Positions 13,246 to 27,267 are shown, counted from the first letter of the stretch. The stretch: DNA of 64,000 nucleotides from the human T2T-CHM13v2.0 reference genome, Homo sapiens (GCF_009914755.1 NC_060932.1); one strand, 5' to 3'. Numbers and translations are program-made. Notes: generated from the letters alone by a model not told the origin.

Positions 13246-14254
13246 TTAGAGGAAATGGCTACCTACAATTTCTGAACTACAAACATGTATCTTTCTGCTT
13301 TTATTAGAAGTTTGTGCCGACCTTTAACTTACCCTGAACTCTGACTGTAGGCAGGAAGCCCCTCTGGGAATTGATCACCAAATCATAACCTGAGTGCTCA
13401 TTCTATCAAAAGTGACTTCTAAGATTGTTTCCTGATGCTTAAAGGACTGTTGTCTAAGTTGTCTTCTAAGATAGCAACTGCCAGCCCCAAGTTTGTTTCC
13501 TCCTTCTCAGCTCTCTCCAGTGTTTGCGTCTATCCTTCAGAGCCAGCCCCGGCTATGTGTCACTGAATATGCCAATGCATTAATGTGGGGAGCCACATAA
13601 AGCCCTTGATGCCCTCTGCCAATCCCTGGGAGAAAAGCAAGTCATCTCTACTCCACTCCTTGCTGTCCTGCTGTAACTGCACACAGTTGGCATGTGGTGA
13701 TTAAGATTAATTGGTTGCTGAGACTTGGTGGTTCTGGCAAAATGCAGCTCAGTACCAGGGCACAGAGGGTCAAGTTTGAGCATCCCTGGCAAGATAATAA
13801 TACACTGAACCAAGAGTTAAGTTTAAAAGAGTTTTATCATATTAAGTAACATCTATCTTCTAGCCAGAGTTTTTCTTCAATAGGGGCATCTGGGAACATT
13901 TTGACATAGGATGTAGTTTTCATTTTGACATCAAGTTTAATAGGTTTTTAAAAAAATTATTTACATATTCCAACTATACCATTTATTAGGATTAAAAGAT
14001 TCTTTTCTTTCTCTTTGAATTTACCTTTCAAGTAACAAGTGACTGATCCTGGCTTTAGGATATATTGTGGGTTTCAGTGTATCTGTTTATCTCACCTATA
14101 TCCTATATGGTTTCATAGATATCACCCCATAATCACTCTGACCTACTATGTTCTCACTCAAAGTTTCTTCTTTTATAGTCAAATATTTCAACCCTCTGGA
14201 AGAAAATCTGCCTACCATCTGTCTCCTCCCAACCCCCACCCCCGAGAACTGGAA

Positions 14255-14780
14255 TTCATTTAATAAATATTTATTGAACACCTATTATGTGCCACGGTTT
14301 CACATTAGGCACTGGGGACAAAAATATCAATGAGGTATGGATCCTTACTCACTTTTTGAAAACTATGGTGACAGGGGAATTAGACGAGTAGAGAAGTTTT
14401 TCAATACTTTGTGAAATTGCTGGCATAGGGTTAAAGACATAGATACAATAGAAACAAATTGGAGGGCACAAAACCTTTTAGGGAATAGAGAAGACTTCTT
14501 AGAGGAGAAAACTTTTAAAGAAACATGTAGGAATTAAGCAAAAGCGAGTGGAAGTGCATTTCAAGCAGAAGGAATGGTCTGGAGGTGCAAAAACGATGAT
14601 AAATCTGGAAAATTACATATGGTTTGGTATGGCTGGGGCTTTGAGTTTATAGAAGAATGTGCTAGAAGATGAGCCTGGAAAAATAAATAGAGACCAAGAA
14701 AAAGGATTCCCTAAAACATGCCAAAAGATTTGGACTTTGTCCTGTAGATCAAAGGAAGCTTTGGAAGAAATAGAAAGGGT
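14255..14780 (-). mobile_element. L2 3' region
   Basis: ttcatttaataaatatttattgaacacctattatgtgcca...tttggactttgtcctg, reverse L2. Confidence 0.8.
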
Positions 14781-16189
14781 ACTCAATCATCAGTTCTATC
14801 AGTAGTACCATATTGTTCACCCTTTTATTTTTTGTTCTGATTGTTTGATGGGAATTCTAACTTTCTAACTAAACAGAAGAGAGAAACCACATAAAGTTGT
14901 GCCATGTACAATACTGTACACAAAACAGACATTTAGTGAATATTTGCAGATTGATTTATTGGAACAGTACAACTGCTTCTAGATAGCTATACTTTGGGCC
15001 TAGTATAATGATGTAATGAATAGCATTTTGTAAATACTCTTCTGAGAGTTTCAGAGTCTGTCTGTTAAGAAAAAAAATACTTCCTTGTGAACGTATGTGT
15101 TGTATCTTCTTTCTAAATTTGCTTGATATTGATATTCTTTGAGCCTGGCTAATATTCAATGGTAGTTAAATTCAGATCAAGTTGAATTATTTGTATGATG
15201 TTTGAAATTGTGTCATATCAAACAGGTACTGTTTTTATTGACATATTGACACTGACCCAGAAGAGAAAATGAGGTGATCATTCCTGTAACAGATTCAGAA
15301 CAAGATTTATGGCTAGGGGATATAAACAGGGACCCATGTGTTGAACAGTAGGGCTCTTGGAATGCCTCAGATCAAGATTCAGGTCTCAACGTAACTGGCT
15401 AAGGCTTCAAGTTCTTCAATAAGAAATTGAGGCCACTGTCCCCTACTAAAAAGTGAATATGGCAGAGGAAGATACCCTATTAAGCCATAGTAGTCATTCA
15501 TATCTCATATGAATAGGCTTATAAAACCCTTCCCAAAGAGCAAGTTCTCATGGGGAAAAGATGAGAGGCCCATGAACAAATGGCTGCCAAAAGGAAGGGG
15601 CAGAGCAGGAAAAGGCTTAGATGGAGAAATACAATCTTGACTTTCTTCACAATGTGCTTCCAGCCCTGAACTCTCCTTTGAATGCTTTAGTCTGAATTAC
15701 AGCCAAAGAAAATCCCTCAGCCTATCTTTAAATCCTAAATACTGACCTTTCTTCTCACAAGATCTTATATTTGTCAATTCTTCCAACTACAATCAAGCAT
15801 TTTGAAATTTATGTGACTTAACTATTTTTTAATATTGACAGGTAGAGATTTGCAGCAAGAGAAAAATGAATTATAAATTGTTCCATGGTTTACATCCTGA
15901 ATATTGTAACTTTGGGTATTTTAATTGATGTCTTAGATGTCTCACAGTTTGTAATCTGTATTTCTCTATTCTCAAGACATGTTTACTTTTCAGATCCATT
16001 TTCAAACTGTGAACTGAAATACCGAAATACTGTTGATTACTAAAATGAAGAGTTTTCTCTTTCCATTATGTTTTAATTTCATGTGTTTTCTATATATCCC
16101 TTTTTGATTGTAATCTGACATTTCATAGAAGCTGATTCTGAACACATTGATTTGAAAGGAAGAAGACCAGATTTGGAGCCTGCCTTCCA

Positions 16190-16397
16190 GCCTTGTATTC
16201 TGCCACTTCCCCACGAGCACTGGCTTGTGAACTACCTGCAGTTTCTAGAATGTTCCATGTACCTTTGTACTTAGGAGCCTTACCTTTGAAAACCTCCTTC
16301 TGCCCTGTTACCTGCTAAGTTCTTACTCAGCCTTTGATACTCAGTTCAAAATCAACTCTTTCTTTACTGCCCAGGTAGAATTAGTGACTCTCTTATC
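16190..16397 (+). mobile_element. L2 fragment (host of the L1PB insertion)
   Basis: cttactcagcctttgatactcagttcaaaatcaactctt, L2-like. Confidence 0.55.
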
Positions 16398-16411
16398 TGT
16401 GCATATATTTC

Positions 16412-17107
16412 TTTTCTTATTATTATTATTTCAATAGATTTGAAGGAACAGGTAGTGTTTGATTGCATGGATAAGTTCTTTAGGTGTTATTTCTAAGATT
16501 TTGGTGCACTCATCACCCAAGCAATGTACACTGCACACAGTGTGTAGTCTTTTATTCCTCATTCCACCCCCTCACTCTTCCCCCTTGTCCCAAAGTCCAT
16601 TGTATCATTTTTATGCCTTTGCATCCTCATATCTTAGCTCCCACTGGTAAGTGAGAGCATATGACATTTGGTTTTCCATTCCTGACTTACTTCAATTAGA
16701 ATAATGGTCTCCAATTCCATCCAGGTTGCTGCAAATGCCATTATTTTGTTCTTTTTTATGGCTGAGTAGTATTAAACCACAATGCCATACCACCTTACTC
16801 TTGCAAAAATGGCCATAATTAGAAAATCAAAAAATAATAGATGTTGGTATGGATGTGGTGAAAAGGGAACACTTTCTACACTGCTGGTGGGAATTTAAAC
16901 TAGTACAACCACTATGGAAAATAGTATGGAGATTCCTTAAAGATCTGAAAGTAGAACTACCATTTGATCTAGCAATCCCACTATTGGGTATCTACCCAGA
17001 GGAAAATAAGTCACTGTATGAAAAAGACACTTGCATGTGCATGTTTATAGCAGAACAATTTGCAGTTGCAAAAATATGGAACCAGCCTAAATGCCCATCA
17101 ACCAACA
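16412..17107 (-). mobile_element. L1PB-like LINE-1, 5'-truncated with 5' inversion
   Basis: 3'UTR on minus strand (16412-16773), ORF2 C-terminal segment on plus strand (16774-17107, ORF 16849 [31 protein letters not shown]). TSD tgtgcatatatttc (16398-16411)/tgtgcttatatttc (17108-17121). Confidence 0.9.
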
Positions 17108-19364
17108 TGTGCTTATATTTCAAATTGTGTATATTTCTGCTACCCTGTTTTTACATTATATTGTTATGGTTTCAATTAAGGCTTCTTTAGATTTTGCCAT
17201 AGTTTAAAACTGTATTTGTTCACCATTGATCTTTGAATCCCATTCTTTCCATCTGAGTAGAAGTTTCTCCTTCTTGAAGTACATTCTTTAGTAATTCAGC
17301 ACAGGTCTGTAAAAATTCGTGTAGTCTTTTTCTGAACATGTTTATAATATTGCTTTCTCACTTGAAAAACAGTTTAGCTAGGTAGGGGTTGTCTTTGCTT
17401 AGGATTCCTAATACCATAAGGGTGGTATAAATTAAGACTTTACACCCATGGCTGGTGCAGCCTTGGGATTTCTATTTATCACTGGAGACACCTCCCACTT
17501 CACCACATTTCAGAGCCACAGGCAGAATACGCTGGCCTGCTGCCTCTCTGGCTGGCTGATCCCTCATGCCAGCTATGGGCATCCAGGTGGCCTCTAACTT
17601 CCCACACCACAAATAATGTGGTGATCAACCTCCTCATCCCCTTAGGTACTTGTATCAGAAGAACGTTTCCTGTCCTCCTGTGCGTGGAAGGGGCATTTTC
17701 TCCAGAGACCTGGCTTTCTGCAGCATTCTTCATTGCAGCTTCCACTCACATCTCACATCTCCCATCCTTGGCAGAGTGGGCCAGAGCCAATGCACGGGAT
17801 CCTGCAGTCAGCCTATGACTTTACCCATGACGTCTGACGATAAATTCTTCTTTCAGACTTGGCTCTGTATTTTTAAAAAATGATAGCTACACTTTAACAG
17901 CATTTATAAATGTTGCCATTGGGGTTGGGGTGGAATCTATACCAGCTCTGTCCCATATGTTCCCAGGACTAGAAACATGGTATGGGCTATGTCTCACTCA
18001 GCCATGAGCACCTTTCAGGCAGATGACGACTCTTAGTCATATTTTATTTTTAATGAAGTGCAGTCTACATCCATAAATAAAAGAAAGAGGACATGGGCTC
18101 CAGGTGAAACCATGGATATGTCACTTACTAGTATTAGAATGATGGCCTCAGCCTGTTCATATATAAAATGAGGACCTTGAATTGCAGCTAAACATTCTGA
18201 AAGATATTTTCTAGCTGTAGTATATTATGACTTTAAGAAACATTAAGACAATTCCTTATGAAATGTTAGACACTAAAGTTGCCTGTCCATAATCGAGTTA
18301 TAAATGTGGCAATATTCTAGGCAGTTATGGCCCAGAGAGAAAACACATGACTACTTGTGTGTGTCATCTCTAACTGTGACCTGTACCTTCCCTAGTATAC
18401 GTTGAGTGTGTTGCAAAAGACTGCGTGTGTTTATCTAGAGAATAAATATTCAGGTGGAATGCCAATTTCCCTTTAAAAGCACATTCTTTGTTTCAAAAGA
18501 CTGTATTGGATGGCAGTTTAAAAGGGATCGCAGCTAGTTAAATTTAGGGTGTTGAACAAATTCCAATCCAAGAATAATCCTTGGCGCTGAGCCCATGGCA
18601 TTTTTATTTGATTCTAAATTGGATAAATTGTAACTCATTTAAATTACTTGCTTTCTGTATTTTTTCTTCTGAGACAGGCAACCAACCAATGGTATTTTTT
18701 CTGTCTTTCACAAGACAGTGAAATTATGACATATTGTATATATACTATCACATTTCCTGTAAGTTTCACATATTATTATACAGATTCAACTATACTTTAA
18801 AATATGTCAATCACATCAGATAAAATCCTACTAAAACTTTGCCCTTAGAAAAATATGAGAAAATAATTGCTCCATAAGTCTTTTTCCTGTAGTTAAGATG
18901 GCCTTATATTTCATAATGTAGTTTTAGTGAATTCGGGAGCCCTAAGTCTTATTTTCCTATATATTTTTCACCAATTTCTTTATCAGATTTTGTATTCTTC
19001 TTTTTATTGGGCGGGGGGCTTTATGCTTCCAGAGAGACAATATTAACTTTTAAAAATAATATAAAAAAAGAAACCAGCCTTTTATCTATTTTGTTGAGAC
19101 GGTTGAAAGTGATTTAGGGATACTATTTGAAATCTGGGAGAGGATAGATCCATAAAGCCGGGAATAAGAGAAGACCAAGTGCAGGACTTTGAATGAGACC
19201 TAGTAGAGAGCAGAAGGAGCCACAGAAATGACTGCAGTTTGCTCTTTCATATGTGTATGTGACTCAGTTTCCACAGTTTCTTAAGAGAAGAAATGAGTAT
19301 TGTGCATTTCCTAAAAGCCTCATACCACCTACCACAGTGAGCAGCACTTGGTGAATGCTATTCC

Positions 19365-19930
19365 ACCATTCATCCAGTAATAACTGCCAGTTACTATTCC
19401 ATGGGCCAAGGACACAGTGTAAACAAGGTAGCTGTAAAGCCCATGTCATCACAGTGCTTATGTTAGGGTTATTTGTGTGGGAGAGGTGGAGACAGAAATA
19501 TATTTATAACAAAATATAGGAATAATATAATATCTGTAGCAGTAAGCCCTTTAAAGAAAATAAGCCAAGTAATGGGCTAGGAAGTAGCTCCAGGATGGGG
19601 CTAAATAGAGGAAAGATGGGGAGCCTTTCCACTCCCTCTGGATACCTCTGGAAGGAAGTAATATTGGAGCTAAACTGTCCATGCTGAGAAGGAACTGCCA
19701 CGTGAATTGCTTAGGGCCGAGCATCCCAGAGAGAAAACACAAGTGCCAAGGACCTGAAGCGAGAACAAACTGAGAACAGCTGAGCAGTAGTAAAAAGGCT
19801 AATGTGGCTGGAGCCTAAGGCACAATGACAAGAAAAAGCCATAGGGGTAAGCCAGATCCTGAGGGCCCACAGCCAGGAAAGTTGTTTGAAATGTATTCTC
19901 TTTGCAATGGGCTTATAGGCTGCCCCACTG
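19365..19930 (-). mobile_element. L2 fragment
   Basis: cattcatccagtaataactg...gggccaaggacacagtg...aagtgccaaggacctga...gccagatcctgagggcc. Confidence 0.7.
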
Positions 19931-20314
19931 GATCCTGTGTGTCTTGTCCTCCCACTGCTGTGGCTACTGCCAGCTTCGCTGAGCTGCATGGTCCTGGTTG
20001 ACAGAGTCCAAAGAGACTTAGGACATAGGCAGAAAGAACCCAGCACACTGCTACTGCAGCTCTCTCTTTCACCTCCTGAATTAAATGTGCATGTTGGGAT
20101 CCCTCCACCTCCCTGATCCAGAGAGAACTGGTGCCAACTACCCACCCCACCTTGGGAAAGAAACCTAACAAGTAGAAAAGCTGCACTAATAAAATAAATC
20201 TGCAATAAGGAGTTTTTTTAATCCTAAAAATATGTGCAGTGTTAATTAGGAGAGAAGGAATGTAAGAGAAAATGAACATGCATATTTTTATGGCATGCAT
20301 GCTCCTAGTTACCC

Positions 20315-20990
20315 AGGGGTTAAGGGCACAGTCCTCCATAAGACTGTCCTCATTTCAGACACCAGCCACAAATTCAGAGCCCCAGAGCCACGCTCACTCA
20401 TGACCAACTGGCCACAAATTCAGGCATTCCTACTACCCTTGTAGGTTTGATAATTGACTAGAAAGAACTCATTGGAAGCACTGTGTTTGTGATTATAGTC
20501 TTACTGAAAAAAATACAAATTAGAACATATACACATAGGGCAAAATCTAGGGTGATTTCAACCATGAAACTTTCATCATTCCCCTCTCAGCACATTGATA
20601 TGTGACAGTATGCAGCGATTTGCCAACCATGGACATTCAACCTGGGCTTCACTGTCCAGAGTTTTTAATGGGGTTTTATTAAATAGGCAAGACTGATTGG
20701 ATAAGAGATCAGAAGGTTGATCTCTGATCTCCAGCCCCTGCTGCCCTCCCCAGAGATGGAGTTGATATCACCTGGCTTGGAGCTCCCACCCTTTAATCAC
20801 ATAGTTGGTCTTCCTGGCATAGCCAGTCCCCTCCCTTCCTGAGTCACTTCATTTGCATAAACTATCAGGCACCGGCTCAGAGGCCCACCATGAATAACAA
20901 AGACACTCTTATCACTCTGAAAATTTCAAGGGTTTAGAGGCTACCTCCCAAGAACCAAGGACAAAAGCCAGTCAAATTTTTGCTTGCATA
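20315..20990 (-). mobile_element. MER21-family ERV LTR
   Basis: gggcacagtcctccataagactg...cagacaccagccacaa...gaataacaaagacactcttatcactc...aagggtttagagg...ggacaaaagccag. Confidence 0.75.
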
Positions 20991-21994
20991 CTAAAACTCT
21001 CAAATCAGATTTGTAATCAATTATCTGTTCTGTGTACTAGTCCTGAGTACAATTTAGGTTGCTTGAGTATTGCAGAAGCAGTACTTGTTGCTTGAATTTC
21101 ATGGCAGGCTAGAGCTGTGGGATTTAAGGCATCATTATAAAGTACTACAGATTTTTGTTATTCATCCTAGGCATTAAGCACCCCTTTCCCAAGCAGTATT
21201 TCTGTGTGCTTCTTTCCTAGCTGACAAGCATCATGATGCTACTACCTCTCTCCTCTACCAAGTGCATGTTGTATATTTGCCTATACCTGGCAAATGTTAC
21301 ATTGAGCAGATGACATCAATATTATGAAAAGTGGTGAGAGAAAGGCAACCCTAGCTTGTCCTTTTGTCCAACTGAGAGTGGTCATAAATAGAACCTCAAT
21401 GTCCTTAACATTTAGAACCAGAAGCTGCTGAAAACTCTTTAAAATGTTCTTGTCTACTAAAGAAAAGACACCAACAAACAAAGAAATATAAAACAAACAA
21501 ACAAACATGGGTGACTCAATGGGGAGATCATGCAGAGAATTTCATGTCTGACGGCCTAATGGTCTGGGAGACATGTGGCTTCATCTACTGGTTTTCCAGA
21601 TGACCTTGAGCAATACACAGAAACTGCCTTCTGTGCTTCCCGACATGTGTGACAGCTGTAAGGTACAGCCTCAGAATGATTGCACTGCTCTTTGAACGGC
21701 TGCAATATATCTTTCTGTGATTGCTGGGCCTGCACTGACCTGAAGAACTCTGTGGGAGATGATGGCCACATGACGGCTAATTTGAGGTGGAGAGCCACAA
21801 AATTGAATCACCCAAATGTTTCCAAGCAGTGAGTAGACCAACCATCCAGAAAACTAGATTTTCTTCAAACTAAATTTTATTGTCTTGGCGCCTCAGTTTA
21901 ATACCCCTTCTCACTATTCCAGTTCATTCCAAGTGAAGGTTTTTCTGATCACAATTCCTGAGGAAATCTGATGTCATCTTAATGGGTTTAGTGG

Positions 21995-22525
21995 GGTGTT
22001 TTAAAAGGGTACCTGGGATTTGTTTATTGAGATGTAGAAAGACAACCGACATGGAAATGATTGTCATGAAAGAAGTTTTTTTATACTCACAGATCCCTAG
22101 AAATGGAAGGCATGACACATATTTCACCACCACAAAGGGAAGCCCCAGGGGCTGTGTCAGGAAGCAGAGGGAGAGGGAAGAAAAAGGAGCAGAAGCCACT
22201 GTTGTGGTTTCTGCCAAAGGAACGGGCAAGGCAGGGCAAACAGGTTTAGTACTGGCTAGTTTGAATAATTTCAGCAGGCTCTGGGAAAGAGGAGCTGTCC
22301 CTAGTTGCATGGTGCCTGGCCCCATGGTGATTAGGGCAGATGGACAGTGAGTGGCCCAGATCGTAAGAGCTTGAGCTCCATAGAGGAGGTGGTTGGGGGT
22401 ATGGGCTCTGACTGGTTGGTTTGCACATGAAAGGCAATCTCCAAGACAAGTTGTGTACTGTCTGTGACAGAGGCATTCCCTCCAGGGTCAGTCCTTCCAG
22501 GTCAGCAAGGTCTCAAATCTCAAAG
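21995..22525 (-). mobile_element. ERVL-class solo LTR (MER76-like)
   Basis: gacatggaaatgattgtcatgaaagaag...tatactcacagatcccta...ggctagtttgaataatttcagc...ggttggtttgcacatgaaaggc. Confidence 0.6.
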
Positions 22526-22654
22526 TGTTACCAGAAAGGGGTCCCAATCCAGACCCCAAGAGAGGGTTCTTGGATCTCTCACAAGAAAGAATTTGAGGCA
22601 AGTCCATAGAGTAAAGTGAAAGCAAGTTTATTAGAGAAGTAAAGAAACAAAGAA
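22526..22654 (-). mobile_element. MER4-group ERV1 LTR, 3' end only
   Basis: tgttaccagaaaggggtcccaatccagaccccaagagagggttcttggatct...aagtttattag, a typical MER4-group LTR terminus. Confidence 0.75.
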
Positions 22655-23699
22655 CCTAATTTATTTCCTGAATTAGAGATTCTGTAGGTTCTGTATCAAT
22701 AAAACCCCTTGACTTTGCAAATCCAAAATCTGAAACTACAGTAAGAAAATATATTTCTGAAAGAATACTGTGATTATTTCTAAAAGCAAAGGAAACGAAC
22801 AAGATAATTGTCAACTTACTGTAATATTGTCATGCTTAGCATAAAGTTCAAACCTAGATGATGCACTTTTTATTTTAGAGAGCAATTGAAATTATATGTT
22901 GACACCTTTTTATCCACTCAGTCAAATAAAGCAACTGCAGTTTTCTTCTGTTTAGGAACAATCTGGTGCTTCCATCTTCAAAACTGCTATTTACTTATCA
23001 ACAGCTTTGTTCAGCTCCCCTGCTCTTTGGTCAAGTGTGAAATTAGAATGAAAACAGGGTGGTACCCACAGATAGTGAGATAATAAAAAAGGCAAAGAAG
23101 GAGTAAATAAGATGATTAGAAGAAATAAGCAATATAATTTAAAAGTGGACATGGATTATCTTAATTTAACATGAGTTTAATTTTTATTGTTATAACTTCT
23201 TTGAACATCCTTCATGTTAATTTCCTCATTGGTTCAAGTCTCATTGACCTGAAAAACATGAAGTATTTTTTTTCCTTCTGAAGACACTTACTGAAGTAAA
23301 TGTAGCCTCTAAGATGATTTTATGTCATTCAGCCTTGTTCTATCAGATAAGCTTCAACAGACCTCCCAACCTTTCTCTGTTCTGGATGATTGCAAACCAA
23401 ATCCATTAGAGGAGCAAACTGTCATTGATTCGTTTTATAATATTGAATTTTGTCATGATAAATCTCATGCTATTTTTATTTCAAAGATCTGTAAGCATTC
23501 AGTGCTTTGAGGGGAAGGGTCTTAGAGAAGAAGGATGAAGTTAAGTAAATTAATATTTTTCCAATCCTACTGAATTTACAGAGTACTGAACTCACTTTGG
23601 TTTTTTTTTTGTTTTTTTTTTTTTTTGAAATTAAAAGCCAAAAACCATGGAGTTTTATTATAATGGTTTATTCATTTTAAAAATCTCTGATTTTTTAAA

Positions 23700-24015
23700 T
23701 TTTATTTTTATAATTTATTTACTCTTTCTTATTTTTATTGACAACAATATTATATACTTATTGTGTACATGATGTTTTGAAATATGCATACATTATGAAA
23801 TGGCTCAGTGAAGCTAATTAACATATGTATTACCTCACATACCATTTTTTTGCAGTGAGAACACTTAAAAATCTATTCTCTTTGCAATTTTTGAAACACA
23901 ATACATTGCTATTAACCACAGTCACCATATTATTCAATAGATGTCTTGAACTTATTCCTCCCGTCTAACTGAAATTTTGTACCCTTTGACCAACACCTCC
24001 CAACACCCTTCCTCG
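23700..24015 (-). mobile_element. L1MA-type 3' UTR fragment
   Basis: aagctaattaacatatgtattacctcacat...gtgagaacacttaaaatctattct...gaacttattcctcc...taactgaaattttgtaccctttgaccaaca. Confidence 0.85.
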
Positions 24016-24112
24016 TAATGGTTTTTTCTGATGTACATAATGTGTATAGTACTCCAGAACCTCAGGGTCTTTTCTAGTCCACTCATAGATTCTACTCTGA
24101 CCAATCATTTTC

Positions 24113-24416
24113 ATTTTCATTTTATTTATTTATTTATTTTTTGAGACCAGGTCTCACTCTGTTGTCCAGGACAGAGTGTGATGATCACAGCTTGCTGCAG
24201 CCTCCAACTCCTGGGCTCAGTTGATCCTCATGCCTCACCCTCCAGAGTAGCTGGGACTATAGGCACATGCCACCATGCTCTGCTAATTTTTTTTTCTTTT
24301 TAGAAGAGACGAGGTCTCAATCTCATTATGTTTTCCAGGCTGGTCTCAAGCTCCTGAGCTCAAGCAGTCCTCCCAACTCAGCAAGGGATTCCAAGAGTGA
24401 CCCACTGTGAGTGGCC
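24113..24416 (-). mobile_element. AluJ with small internal deletions
   Basis: AluJ diagnostics (tgcagcctccaactcctgggctca, gagctcaagcagtcctccc). TSD accaatcattttc (24100-24112)/accagtcattttc (24420-24432). Confidence 0.9.
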
Positions 24417-24669
24417 TGAACCAGTCATTTTCTCTGAGAGTGTGAAAAAAATGATTTTTAGCTGGTGAATGTGTTTTTATGATAAGAAATGATCATTGTA
24501 TTTTTACGGACTCCATATATAATGTCCTTTGCCCATCTCAGCAAAGGAACAAGAAACTATTTTTAAACATAAATATAAATACTTATAAGCCAACCTACTT
24601 ATTATTGCCTAGAACTATTCAGACAAGAGAGGTAACATTTTACACCCAAAAAACCATGATATTGCTTTA

Positions 24670-25520
24670 AAAGATTTTTTTACTATGTAATATTTGGCGT
24701 ATACAAAAAAGTAATATATATATATAATATAATACATATTACTTTTTTGTATATGCCAATATATATTTGTATATATGCAAATATTATATATAATATATAT
24801 AATATATAATATAATTATATATGATATATACAATATAATTTTGTATATATTATATATATTTTTATATATATATACATCCATGTTTTAAAACATAATAATA
24901 AATTAAATACTCATGAACCAACCAAACAAATGAAGGTGTAGAATATTAGTAATATCTACGTGCCCCTTCCCTGCCTCCCCACACTCACAGAGGTCCACTA
25001 GAGTGAATTTTGTGTTTATCAAAGATTTTACCATCTATATTTACAGACTTAAACTACATACTCCTTAGCTGTGCTTCTTGTTGAGCATTATAAAAAGTGA
25101 CATCATACATAGTGTCATAGTGACTCTACATGGTCACAACTGTCTATAACCTTCTGTGACTTGCTTTCCTCCATAACATTATGTGTCAAATATTTATCTA
25201 TTTTGTTACATGTCACTGAACTTCATTCATTTTTTCCTATTGTACAGCATTCTCTTATGTGGACATCACAATTTACCTGTTCTCCCAGCAGTGGATATTT
25301 GTGTTGTTTCCAGTCACTTGCTGTTATCTCAGTGCTTATAAATGATTGTTTCTCTTACACCCAGGAATTCCATTCCTGGGTTATGGGTTATGCTTATTAT
25401 GCTCACCTGCACAGTTGAATTTCAAATTGTTTTCCAAAGTGATTAGACCTCCTTCTCCTTCATCAGCAATGTATCCCATTGGTTCTTTGTATGTCAAACT
25501 TAGCAGTCTAAGGAATAATT
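24670..25520 (-). mobile_element. L1ME-type 3' fragment containing a TA-rich expansion
   Basis: aaatactcatgaacc...gaattttgtgtttatc...ttctgtgacttgcttt...ttcattcatttt...gtggatatttgtgttgtttccag...caaattgttttccaaagtg. Confidence 0.65.
24712..24874. repeat. Degenerate (TA)n AT-rich repeat
   Basis: About 160 bp almost entirely A/T with TA periodicity. Confidence 0.9.
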
Positions 25521-26329
25521 AATGTTTGCATCACTGAACTGATTGGGAATACTTGTTTCTGTGAGTTACTTACTTTTCAAGGTCTCCAGAGGAGACTTTC
25601 AGGCCTTAGTAAGGTCATTACAGCACATTAATTTTGTCTTCTGGGTTTCTTTACTTGGTTTTACTTTAGTTTGCTCACAGATGCCCCTTCCAACCAAGCA
25701 CCAGGTGCTTAAGGTTTTCTTCCATAATTAGTTCCATCAACAGTTTTTGTTTTTTATTTCCTGAATACACGTGCGTTAATGGCTACATGTACTTTCCTAC
25801 TTATACAGGGGCAATAACCACCTTATCAACAGTAATAATATTGACTAACATTTATAAAAATCAAATGATATCAGTCACTCACTTATCCTTCTCTCCAGTT
25901 TCAGCCAGGAAACAAGTGAAATCGAGATATGATATCGCATTTCTGCTTGTAAAATTGCGTTGGAGAAATGGAAAAACTTGGCCCCATCCTTATTCAATCT
26001 GTCTCCAGTTACTCCTGGAGAAACTTAAGAAGGCTACCCTGCCTGTATCAGGGGTCAGGCCCTGACTTGAGAAGCTTGAAGCTTGGTAGCAAGAAGCTAA
26101 GGAGGAAAGGATATTCAGCTTCAAGGGATGCAGGTAGGAAGCAGGAGACAGAGACAGACAGACAAGAGCTGGAGACTTAGGATCCCTACATTTCAGTGTA
26201 GCAACACCATCTCTGGAAGCCATGGCCCATTGCAAGCCAGACTCACAACAATCACATAGCTCTTCCCTCTTCCTATGGAGGAAATGGACCACTCTATTAA
26301 ACACTCTGTATACATTATCCTATTTAATT

Positions 26330-26510
26330 TGTAAAACATTCTTATGCATGGATATTAATATTTCATTACAATGTTATAGATGAAGACACTAAAAGATTAC
26401 AGACATACTGATAATTTCATAGCTAAAAGTGATAGAGCTGAAATTTGAACTCAAGTCTATTGACAACAGAACCCAAAAGTTTAGCCTCTTCCCTATACTG
26501 CGTCTTCTTA
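26330..26510 (-). mobile_element. MIR fragment
   Basis: ttatagatgaagacact...tgatagagctgaaatttgaactcaagtct. Confidence 0.6.
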
Positions 26511-27267
26511 ACAGGAACCTTCTGGAAACCCTGCCTTCATTCAGCAAACTAACTATGCTAAGGTAAAGACCTGGCACCAAGGCAAGTCATAAGGAGATGC
26601 CTCAGGACTTCTTGGTTCCCCTAAAAATATATATTGTGCAATCGTCTTTGACTTCAGAATTCCAAATTCAGCACTGAAAAACTAGCTTAGTAATGTTTCC
26701 ACTTAGACATTTTAGTACTTAATTAAATGAATACCCATGTGAGGCTTATTATGTGCCTGGAACTCTTTGGATTGCCATCTGAGCCCCCACCTACATGCAC
26801 ATGTACACACATGAACACATATACACATATGCCCATACACACACAAAATGAAAAAAAGACATATTGCCCACCCTCAAGAAGTTTGAAAGCTAATGGAGGC
26901 CAGGAGGGAAGAAGGAGAAAACATTTCATCCAACAACTTTAAGTGTCTTCTTTAGACAGAGCGAGGCCTGTGGTGTACCTGGGAGAAACATGAAGAAGGA
27001 GATGGATGCAAGAAATATTCAGGATTCAAATGATTGGGTAGCCCAGTGCATATTGGTGTGATAGAAGTGAATGGTGAGGTCTGGGTGAACTCCCCACTTT
27101 CAGGCTTGGATGGCCAGGTGGTATCATTTGCCAGGAAAAATAATAAATGGGGGAAGAATAGGTTTAAGGGAAACATGGTTAGTTAAATAGACAAGTGTGA
27201 AAATGGCTGTAAAATAAAGCCACCATGAAAGATGATCATAAAACTCTGTAGCTATTACCATAGAAGC

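Noticed and set aside
19711-20339. Overlapping 164-aa and 174-aa ORFs
   Set aside because: They overlap L2 and LTR-derived sequence and show no protein-family resemblance or exon structure.
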